This document shows positions 48,726-58,969 of a stretch of DNA of 64,000 nucleotides, piece after piece. Under the pieces are notes generated by a model. It did no database searches and was not told the DNA's origin. It saw only the letters and a list, made by a program, of their open reading frames with translations. The position numbers and the translations under genes were made by a program. How positions within the stretch are numbered: the stretch's first letter is position 1; the number at the start of each line of letters is the position of its first letter. The DNA comes from Raillietiella orientalis (lineage: Eukaryota): positions 4,340,001-4,404,000 of the forward strand of contig JAYWIR010000013.1 in the NCBI GenBank assembly GCA_036172245.1, written 5' to 3'.

Positions 48726-51437
48726 ACCATAAACCCGGAGGGAAGGCAGCCCAGGGGATACTCCTCACAGAACTCGCGAGAGCGAATGCTTGAATGCGTC
48801 TCAATCCTCGAGATTCGGGAGGTTGACGCCTCTCAGGAATTGGCGGAGATGATCCGGCGCACCTGGGAGCCTGGTCCAATCCCCTGGTAGACTCCACGCC
48901 CTGGATGGTGGTCCTTCATGGCGCGGCCAGACATATAACATCAGACGGAAATGGTCGAACAGCGTCGACGAGAGCCTTCCTCGTTTACCGATTCGAGTAC
49001 ACAGGTCTTGGTCGAGGAATACGTTGTCGATGCTGTCCTCCATTTCCGAGTGTCCCTCCATCAAGTTGCGCGCGCGCATGCCGGAGCACAACTCGATCGG
49101 CACGCTCTTTTGCGTGCAGCACGCACCTGAGAGCAGGCGGAGGTTAAAGTTCCCTGCTATCAGGTGGGCCTTGCGCACTTCTGCATCTGTCAGCCTGTCA
49201 CGCTTCAGTTACTGGAAGAACTGAGTTCTTTCCGCGTACCCCTTGCTGCCGCTCGGAGCATACACATTGGTAACGATGAGATCGATCGTGCCGGACCAGC
49301 ATAGAATCATCTGTCCAACACGACCGTGGTCATAGAAGCATATGTTCCTCACGGAGGCGTCGACAGCTGGCTTCAGGAAGAACGCGACACCACGGGAGTT
49401 GCGTTCGCCGCATCGCCAATACAACCGACCTCCTGTGATCCTTTCGATTTCCTCGACGTCTCTTCCAGTGATCAAGTGGATCTCCTGCAGAAGCGCCAGG
49501 TCGAACTCCCGCATGGTGTCGGCTGTATCTCGCCTGTTGCCGTCGTCGCGCAGCCCGTTGACATTCCAACAGGCCACGCATTTCCGACGGCGACAGGCGA
49601 GCTCAGGGGTTAATCCTAAGAACGTGGCAGCGTGGCTCCCGCTACCTTATCGGGCGGGACGGAAGGAGGAGGGGGTGCATCGCGCGCCGCTTCTTCCTCC
49701 TCAATGGAGGCCGATTCGGATACAGGCCTCATCGCGGTTAGGAGGCAGGTATCTCCTACCTGCGCTTCCTCCTCCATGAGGTCCAGTTCGCCAGCTAAGA
49801 CGGTCGGTGGGAGGGGGAGGTTTTTACCTACCTGTTCCCCCTCCTCCATTGGGGTTTACAGCTGTTGGGTCGCGGGTAGTGGAATATTCCCCCCCCTTTT
49901 CTCACGCTGCCGGCTTCCCCCCCGTCTGCCGGCTCGTCCCCATCCTCATTCTTTGTCGGGAGTCGCTTCCTGGGATTCTTGGACTTGCGTTCCTTCTTCT
50001 TTGGAGGCGCCTTTGCAGAGGAGGACTCACTACCGGCATCCCGATCAGTATCTCCTTCTTCAGGTGCCTTCATCGCGACCGGTCTTCTCAAGGCTTTTCG
50101 CGCCGGGATCTCGTGGCCGACAAGTTCAGCCTCGAGCTCTTCCACCGCCTGCTTAAAGGCGACGTCCACGATTACGAACAGCGCGTCGTAAGGCTCCTTC
50201 TCTGTTTTCATAGAGGGTTCTCTTTTGGAAGTCGCGGCTTCCACGCAAACGAGGAGGGGGATATCTCCCCCGGTGGTGAACTCTAAGGCCTCCACGCGCT
50301 CCAAAGTGATTGAGCTTTCGAAGAAAAGTGCGCAGCGCTCTCTCCTATTTAGAAGTTTGGCCTCTGTTTCCGCTTTCGTTTCTTCCGTTTTCTTGGCTTT
50401 CTTTTGCTTCACCGTCCGCCAGCCTTCCTCATCAGCGCCGTCGGGAGTTTTCTCGACCGACGATTGCTGAGAGGGTTCGGGGTCTGGCTTCTGGCTACGC
50501 GTGGATGTAGCCTCCTTCGGCCTCGACGTTTTTTCCGCGCGTATTCTTTGAGCTTTTTTTAAAGCGAGGCGAGCCAGAGTTACGCGCTTTAGGCACAATT
50601 TCCGGAGGTGGCCCTTCTCTCCGCATGAGAAACACTTGATGTATGGGCATCGTTTTTTCCGGTGCCCTGTCGCATCGCAGTGTCCGCAGTGCATAAGTTT
50701 CTTCACGTACCAGACATCGACCTTTCCGTTGGCGACGTCTAGCTTGTGAGGTAACCCACCGTTTTCATGCACGGTTACACGCGCTGCGGCCATGCCACTA
50801 CACAGCCTTCCATAGGATTGTAAGACGTTAGGCTTGCTCCAGAGCGCGTGAACCGTGCCAAACTTGCTAAGTTCCTCCTGCACGCCGGTTTCCCACATGC
50901 TGAGGGTTACTCCCGAAAGATGTCCCCCGCAAGTCTTGCATCCTTACAAGTCAACTCCACCCGCTGACCACCGCTTAACACTGAAAGACCTTTTAACTCT
51001 TCTTCTTTAACATTAAGCCGCTGCAACTCCCTCTTGAAGTTGCGAGCGGTATTTCCAAGGAAGATATTGCCTACCTCATAGATGAGGGACGGCTTGTTCC
51101 CTTGTTCTTTATAGGCTGTTTGTTCGACCATGGAAGCAGCGGATGGTGCTGCAGCCACGGCGCTCCAGGTTCTCGTCGCTGGCGACGATGGCTCCGAGGA
51201 CACGCTTGAACCCTTTTTCAAGGGGACCGATGCCCTCGCCTGGTGGGGGCGATCGTCTTCACCACTATGGGCTGGGGAGAGGAACTAGCCTCTTCTACTC
51301 CAATCTCCATCGCGGTGTCCGCTGGCATTTCTGCCATGGGACACCGACGATGCGCCACACACTCTAACAAACGAGAGGAAATGAAAAAAACTTCCCAAGC
51401 TGAAGCGGTTAGAGTGCAGGAAAAGCACGTCCGCACA
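48726..51437 (-). mobile_element. Degenerate F3 LINE 5' part (5' UTR, ORF1, APE)
   Basis: 5' motif 51426-51432; PSLIYEVG, CGHCDATGHRKKRC, CFSCGEKGHLRKLC; WNVNGL...LQEIH. Confidence 0.9.
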
Positions 51438-52500
51438 GTTCGACGAGGAAGATCGTGTAAGCCAACTAGTCCTCAAGTTGTCCGAATCGATCGACCTTGT
51501 CGTAAAGAACATCTACGCGCCGAGCGGCGGTCGGCATTACGCCCAGCGAATCGCATTTCTGGGTAGCCTGCGCAGCCGCTGACTCTTCGACTCCGTCCCC
51601 AACGTGGCGCACCTCCTTGCAGGAGACTTCAACGTCCACCTGCTAACAGTGGAGAGATGCCGCTTGAGGAAGAAGAAACTGGTGAGAAATGTATGCGCGT
51701 GCGTGCGCGTGCAAAACTTGCTTGCTGGTGAGCCCGGAATGGAGAGATGCCCGGACCATGCGTTTCTTGATGAACACCAGCTCTCACGAGTAGGTCGGAG
51801 AAAGCGCCTGCTGTCCGAGATTTTAGATCATCCGAGACTGGAGTTAGAGATCCTCCCTCCTGGCAAAGGGTCTCCGATGAATGTATGGAGGTTGCCGGCC
51901 GACTGGATTAGCAATTCATAGGCGGCGGAGCATTTTCGCCAGCATTTCCGGGGCTTCTCCATCCGTGAACTCGAGAACTGGGACGATCTGAGAAGATCGA
52001 TCCGCGAGTTCTGCTGCCGGTTTCCCTTGCACCTGCTTCCCTGCGGCTTCGCAGAGGGTGTCGCGAACAGCAGATCCTTTCTGAAGGCACGTACCTTCTA
52101 CCGATGCCCGGACATCCGGCGCCTGGCGGAGGACAAGTCCAGGGCCGAGTGCCAGGTTTGGCAGTCTGGAGCGGCCTGTCTGCTCGATGACGCTGGCCAG
52201 GAATGCTCGGCTGCAGCCGACTTGCACCGCGTAATTATGCGCTACTACTCCTCGATGTACGCGGAGGAGCCCACGGAACGCAGTCTCTCCGAGCAGCTTC
52301 TTCCGACGGGTAACCCTGCTATCGACGAGGAGGAACGCGCCAGATTAGATTGGCCTTTCACGGCGAAAGAAGTATCTTCCGCCATAGCGGGCCTGAAAAG
52401 GCGTAAGGCGCCAGAGGAGGATGGCTTGCTCGCGGAGTTCTTTCAGTGCTTCGCGGCGGAGCTCGTCCTCCTGGTGCTCAGCCTTTGCGCGCTGATGCGG
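51438..52500 (+). mobile_element. F2 internal ORF2 fragment (APE C-half to RT N-terminus)
   Basis: HLLAGDFNV...GFAEGVANSR...KAPEEDGLLAEFFQCF. Confidence 0.88.
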
Positions 52501-55500
52501 TTTGAACCCGGTTGCGCCGGGACGTTTATTTGTAAAAACAAACCACAATCTTGAAGGGAAATTCATCCCTTCAAGATAGAAGAAACGCCCATACATAAAG
52601 TTCAGCCCGGGAGTATCACCGGCAAGCAGGCCGCCTTCGAAAAGAAAGAAACGGAGGGAGAGGGGTACAAAATAAACAAAACATGAGTGAACAAACAAAG
52701 AAACAGTGGAGGGTGGGGTGACGGATCTTTGCCATTAAACGTTCCTCATCTTCTTAGAAGCGCTGTCTTCCGATGGCGACTTCCCTGGAGACTTTTCTGG
52801 GCAGATGAGGCCACCTGACAGCTACCTTCATAAGGTTCGGGGCTATCCTGGCGGCGACCATTCGCTGCGAGCTTCCTTGTAACTTACGGAGGGCCGTTAC
52901 GATGGCGCGTATGCAACAGATTGTTGCGATCACAGCGCCTTTATCCAATCCGTCTTCACTGATGGAGCGTAGCAGCAGGTCGATGACAGTGTCCTGAGGA
53001 CGACGAAGTGCCGAAGCAAGTCTCCGCCATAACTCCCGCAAGTCACTCCACTCAAGGAGCAGGTGCGTAAGCGATTCTATCGCCGCCGCACCTAAAGCAG
53101 TTCGGGGAGACGACTTCTCCTGTAACCAAGTTTCTGCGCTTATTGCACTGAATCCCCAGTGCAGAAAAAGAAGAACATCCTGTTTCCATCGAAGCTGGAA
53201 CACGGAGCTGTCCACACACAAGAAAGGGACCACAAGATCTTCGGGGAGTAATCCAAGAACCTCACTCCAACGAAGAAGTCCCTTTGCCAGGTAACGAGGA
53301 GTGGCAGCGTCTACCAACACGCTCGTTCTGCAGCCGCTCAGCAGTCTTCCCACTCCGGCAATGCTGCAAAAAAACTCCCACCTTGCCGGTTGGCTACTGT
53401 CGTTGTTTGCCCTGAGAGCAGACAGCGCTGCGGCGATGTGTGAGACGACTATCCGGGAACAAAGCAACCAGTCCTGTAGGATCACTCCTAGCGGTTTGCG
53501 TGAAAGGCCCTGTAAGGGTCGCAGTTTCTCTGGGCGCACATCCAAAGTGGACGTCAAGTGCTTCAGAGCTTCCTGCTGCCAAGCATTCCAATTGGAGGGG
53601 CGGCAGGAAATCCAGGAATGGGCTAGCAGCAACGAGAACAAATGCCTCAGTGGATAGCCAAATCGAGTTCTCCGGCGAAGGTTGCGCGGCAGCAACGAAA
53701 GCAATCCTGCACTGCCGACACATCGCTGGAGAATATGGCGAGCCGGAGCACACCAGTGACTAGACCACAATTTCCCATATAGGGATAGAAGCCGGAACTG
53801 CACTTGCAGTCCAATCTCCTGGATGGTCAGGATGCCGAGGCCTGCGTCCTGGCATGACGCCACCAAATCTTTGAGTCGAACCCTGGATCGCGCAGCGCCC
53901 CACAAGACCTTACGTAGGAGACGCTGCGCCCGGAGTTTAACCACATAGGGAGGCGGGCAAACAAAAAATAAGGGGCAAAGAAGGGGGGCAAGGAAAGTGT
54001 TTCATATGCACGCCCTTTCCGACAAGACGAACTTGCCTTCCAGGAACGGGCCTAGAGCCATCTCTGCCTTTTGAAGACAGGCCGACCACGATTCAGACTA
54101 GCAGAAGTCGCTTAACGGAACGCCAAGGTACTTGAAGTACCTGACCGTGAGGATCCCCAAGCAGATAGAGTCGGCCTGCCCTTTTCACGACGCACCCACC
54201 GGCACCACGGAGAACCTCTCCCTGTTAACGCTAATGCCCTCTCCACGACGGATCAGCTCGAAGAAGTCTTCGAACGAGTCCGTCGGAGTGGACATGGGTA
54301 ACAGAAGCAGATGGTCGTTGGCGTATGCTGCCGCGGACGAAGTGCACGGAGAGGCGCTGGGAAGGACGACCAGCGTCAGCCTGTATGCTTTCAGCACCAA
54401 CTCAAAGTAGATGCTTAAGAGCAACGGGCTTAAACTGTCGCCCTGTCTTATGCCTCTGCGCAAGGCCACGCCGCACGCGTGGGAGCCACTGAAATGCAAG
54501 TTGATAAGCGCGTGGCGCCAGCAGGAGCGCAAGTACAAGAGAAGTTGGTTCGGAAGGCTAAGACGCTTAAGGAGCTCCAAGAAAATTCCTGGTCGACGCA
54601 GTCGAATGCTTTACGCAAATCCACTGCTACTGCCAAAGCTCATGGCGTTTCTCCCGTCCGCCCGCACTGGGGCTCGCAGTCGGCAGAAGGTGTAGCCGCT
54701 GTGCGGCTGACCGCCGCAACGTGCTCTTGCAGCTGCCACCAGGTGCGCTACAAAAGAAGGTTTGCATGCATGAATCTAACCGGTACAGCGTAAGACTGCT
54801 GCGGGCTTACCACGGACTCCCGACTTTCCTTGGTCGTATGACACAGCTTGAAAAACAACTTGACGTCCGTATTCACTAACGTGATCGGACGTCAGTTGTT
54901 GAGTTGGAACAGATATCCTCCTTTCAGAAGGAGACGCACTCTCGCTGAGCGGAAGGAAGAAGTGACATCGCCCGTCAACCTCATCAGCGTCGAAAGTCTG
55001 AGCACCATTGGGGCGAGTTACGCAGCGAAGCTCTGATAGAGCTCCGCGGGTAGCCCGTCCTCACCTGGCGTCTTCCGTTTCTTGCGTCCTGCGTTGGCGG
55101 AAGAAAGTTCCTCCAACGAGAAGGGCTCGTGAAGTCGGGAGCGTTCCTCCTTGCCGATGCCTTGTGCACCCCGTAGCAGAAGCAGTTCCGAGAGGATTCT
55201 CTCCGTCAGATATTTGGCGTAGAGTAAAGAGAAGTGACGCCTTAGTGTTCGCAGTACTTCGGAAGGAGCCGAGCATTCCCGGCCCTGGTCGTCGTGCAGA
55301 ATAGCCGCTCCAGACTGCCAGACTTGGCGCTCGGCCCTGGTCTTGTACACTGCGAGGTGCCGGACTTCAGCACGTCTAGACAAGTTGCAGTCATGCATAA
55401 ATTCTCTGCTATTGGCCACGCCTTCTTCAAAACCGCGCGTTTGGAGGTGCATAGGAAACCGGTCTCAAAACTCGCGAGCCGATCTTTGGAGATGGTCACA

Positions 55501-57058
55501 GTCTGCGAGCTGCCGGATGGCGAAGCCGCGAAGGAACTGGCAAAGATGCTCCGCTGCATACGGACGACTGAGCCAATCCGCCGGCAGCCTCCAAACATTG
55601 TTCGGAGGTCCCTTGCCGGGCAGGAGTAGCTCGAACTCCGTCTTATCATGGTCCTATAAAGTGGACGACAACCTGCCTCTTCTTCCCACTCGTGAGAGTA
55701 GGTGTTAATGAAGGTAGACGTGATCCACGCACCTTTGCAGTCCAGGCTCGCTGGCTTCTAAGTTACGCGCGTGCATTGACGCGCATGCCTCTTCCACCCG
55801 CGACCGTTCCTCCAGGGACGTCGTCTCGTTGAAAAGCAGGTGGACGTTGAAGTCCCCTGCGACGAGATGTACCACTCTGTCTCCGAAGTTCCTGAGGCAT
55901 TGCCTCTCGAGCACGTCAAGGAACTTGATTCTTTCGGCGCGCCGATGAAAGCCGCTCGGCGCGTAGACGTTCGTCAGGACAAGGTCGATTGAATCTGACC
56001 ACTTGAGTACAAGCTGGCCTAATCGCTCTTCCTGGTCGAATGGAACGCTGCGCACTGCTCCCTCCATCCTACTCTTAACGAGAAACCCGACTCCTCACGA
56101 TTGTGCATAACCTTCTCGCCAGTACAGGGTGCCACCCGCGCGCTGTTTAATTTAGGCAAGCTCCGCGTCGGAGATGTAATGCATCTCCTGAAGGATCGGC
56201 AAGTCGAAATTTCGCAGGGTGTCTTACACGCCGCGCCTCTTTCCGTCCCTGCGAAGCCCGTTGACGTTTCTAAAGGCTACGCTGAACCGACGAACAGAGG
56301 CGACTTCCTGCATTAGGGCTGGCAATGTGAGCACAGGTGTGTCGCCTGGTCCAGCGAGTGGTCACGAGACAGAACGGCAGAACTTGGAGAGTGGACATCT
56401 CCATTCGAAGTTGCCCTGCTTGTTGCCGGTAGCTCAGAGGTGAGGTCCATCCCCTCCTCTTTGCTCCCCGGCAGCAGATCCTCTTCGGCAACTACGCTCT
56501 TGCGGGTATTCGGGAGGCGATTGCGAGGTTTCGGGCGGGTTTCGCGCTGTGAGCTCATTGTGTCGGACTCTGGATCAGAATCCGACAGTCGAGCGCTTTC
56601 CAGGCGCCGCTTCAGTTTCCCTGAATTTGAGAAATCATTTGCTGCCTGTTTTTTAGCGCTTTCTGCTACTGCGACTAAGACTTTCGTCCTTTTAGCTGCA
56701 GCAGCCGTTTCTTGCTCCATCCGCGAGAAGACGACTGCACAGGAAGAAAGGATCGCAATCTTTTTCTGGGATGGTTTCGCGGGTCTCTTCCGCCCACTCA
56801 CCTTCACGCAGAGCTGTGAGTACCTTGACGGTTTCTTTTTAATAACCTCTCTCACCAGTATCCAGCCGTCTTCCTTCGCGTCGCAGTTACGTTTGCCCTC
56901 CTGAGATGGCACTGCGTCCGCGGAAGTAAGAGGCGCTGCTTTGGCTGCCTCTTGAAGTGCTGCCTCCACGCAGGCGTAAGCGACTCCCTTAGCGATCGCG
57001 AGAGCCTTGCGCGCGGGCGGTATCGCCGCCGCTGAACGAAAGGAAGGCGTATCATTGC
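52501..57058 (-). mobile_element. Degenerate F2 LINE (ORF1 tail, ORF2 56313-52754, 3' terminus)
   Basis: TAATG junction 56311-56315; DLRKAFD, YAND; terminal motif 52505-52530. Confidence 0.9.
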
Positions 57059-57150
57059 TAGTTTAAAACTATACCCAATACCCCGCCAAGGCAGTGTTTA
57101 AAACCACTGCCAAGCCAATTTCTGAGTGCCCTGAGAGGGCAAGTGTTTGA

Positions 57151-58956
57151 GTGAAAGCCAGTGTGGAAAGAGTGCAACCGGGGACCATCAGCAGCAGCAG
57201 CAGCAGCGCCGAGAAGTCCACGGTGGAAGTCCTGCAGTCGTCCCGAGCAGCCGGAACAGCTGCCAGGATGCAGGCATCTGGAGTTGGAGGAGTGGTGAGG
57301 CCATCGTCTTCCATGGAAGCCATGGAGGTAACGTGCGGCAACGGCGAGGTGGCGGCAGGCATGCCGAGGATCGCGCCCGCGGCGGGCTTTGCTGCGCCGT
57401 CGGCGGCGATGCCGAGGGTGCCGCCCGCGGCGGTAACGGGGGCAACGTCGAGGTTTGCGCCCGCGGCGGTGGCGTCCCAGGCGGGACCCGCGGGCGTCCA
57501 CGCGGTGCAGGGAGCGACGTCATCTTGTTCGGCTGCGGCGTCGCAGCCCTTTTCTTATGCGTCGGTGGCGGCTGGACAGGCGAGTGTCCACCCAACTAGG
57601 AAATTTGGTAAGCCGCTTAGCGGGAAAGTTCTAGAAGTGAACCGACCAATAGTCGAAATAGGCCCCAGCGTGAAGCCCATTATCTTCAAGACGGGGCTAA
57701 TAAAATTTAATAACATCAGGGAGGTCTATTTGTCCCTCGACAAGACGGACATAGACTTTGATCGCATTCAGGAAATCATTCCATCGAACAACGGGTTCAC
57801 AGTCTTTACAGACTGTGAAAACATTAGAGAGCGATTGATCCAGAAGGGGATCAATATACAAGGACGGATGGTTTGTGGTATTGGCGAGATGCCATACACA
57901 ACCGTCTTTTTAAACGGCATCTCCATCCGCACACCGCAACTAGCGGTGTGGAATTACTTGGAGCAGTTTGGGGAAGTTCTGGACCTCGATTTCCAGAACT
58001 TCTCTGGAAACATATTTTCTGGCGACATGATCGCCAAGATGAAGTTGAGGGAGGGAGCGGTGATCCCTGGATTGGCCGTTATTGACGAACAATCCCAGGG
58101 AGTGAATGTGCGTTACCGGCAACAACCGGTATTCTGCACCGGGTGCAAGCAGTTCGGCCACAGGGCCGGCGCTTGCCCAACGTGTCGTTGTTTCTGCTGC
58201 GGCAAAGTAGGACATCAAGTCCGAAACTGCCCCCAGCCGGAGGTGTGCCCCTTCTGCAAGAAACACGGACATGCGAAATGGAGCTGTCCGGAGTTTGAAA
58301 ACTGCAGAAGGATTCGAGGTCTCTCTCCCGTGAGAGAGAGAAACATCAAGGAGGCCGAACAGCCTCAGAAGGCAGGAAGGCCGAAGAAGGTGAAAGAAGC
58401 CGTCCCGGTGTCGGCGGACGGCTTCATAGAAGTGGGAAAGAAGGGAAAGAGGAGGATGCTCGTCAAGGAGCAAGTAACTCCTCAAATCCTGGAAGCAGAA
58501 GAGCAGGAAGGCGAGAAGATGGAGGTAGCGCAGGAAGGCGCGAAAGAAGAGAGACAGGAAGCCACTAAAGTGTTGCAGGAGGCTCTGCAGACCACGGAGG
58601 AGTTGGCAACACTGGCGGAGGAGATCATGGAGGTGCAGAGCTGTCCTCAGCAAGAGAAAATCTTGCAGAAGATCTGCACTGCACAAGAGAACATCAACCA
58701 GGTTGTGGAGGTCGCTGAACGCGAGAAGTTAGAGGAACAGCTTCTCGACGTGAAGGCGAACTTCTGCGCCAAGGTCGAGATAGAGGCGCTATCTCGAAAA
58801 TTGATCGCGCAGGCGGAACACTCTACGGAGGAGGTGGAAATTACCGATCTCACAGGTACGGAGAGTGACGCCGGCAGCGAGAAGCCCGCTGCTTCTTCAT
58901 TGTGTGGAAGAGCACGCTCTCTCAGACAGAAGAAGCTCAGGAAGGCCAAAAAATAG
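57151..58956 (+). CDS. F1 ORF1 protein, open frame (RRM-like, three CCHC knuckles); true start probably a downstream ATG (about 57268 or later)
   Basis: TTVFLNGI...LEQFGEVLD (RRM-like); CTGCKQFGHRAGAC, CFCCGKVGHQVRNC, CPFCKKHGHAKWSC. Confidence 0.88.
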   Translation: MKASVERVQPGTISSSSSSAEKSTVEVLQSSRAAGTAARMQASGVGGVVRPSSSMEAMEVTCGNGEVAAGMPRIAPAAGFAAPSAAMPRVPPAAVTGATSRFAPAAVASQAGPAGVHAVQGATSSCSAAASQPFSYASVAAGQASVHPTRKFGKPLSGKVLEVNRPIVEIGPSVKPIIFKTGLIKFNNIREVYLSLDKTDIDFDRIQEIIPSNNGFTVFTDCENIRERLIQKGINIQGRMVCGIGEMPYTTVFLNGISIRTPQLAVWNYLEQFGEVLDLDFQNFSGNIFSGDMIAKMKLREGAVIPGLAVIDEQSQGVNVRYRQQPVFCTGCKQFGHRAGACPTCRCFCCGKVGHQVRNCPQPEVCPFCKKHGHAKWSCPEFENCRRIRGLSPVRERNIKEAEQPQKAGRPKKVKEAVPVSADGFIEVGKKGKRRMLVKEQVTPQILEAEEQEGEKMEVAQEGAKEERQEATKVLQEALQTTEELATLAEEIMEVQSCPQQEKILQKICTAQENINQVVEVAEREKLEEQLLDVKANFCAKVEIEALSRKLIAQAEHSTEEVEITDLTGTESDAGSEKPAASSLCGRARSLRQKKLRKAKK

Positions 58957-58969
58957 GTCTTCCCCTTTT

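Noticed and set aside
5307..52530. Recurring GC hairpin as a CRISPR repeat, integron attC site or recombinase site
   Set aside because: Copies are kilobases apart, always follow a LINE 3' UTR in the sense orientation, and no recombinase is encoded.
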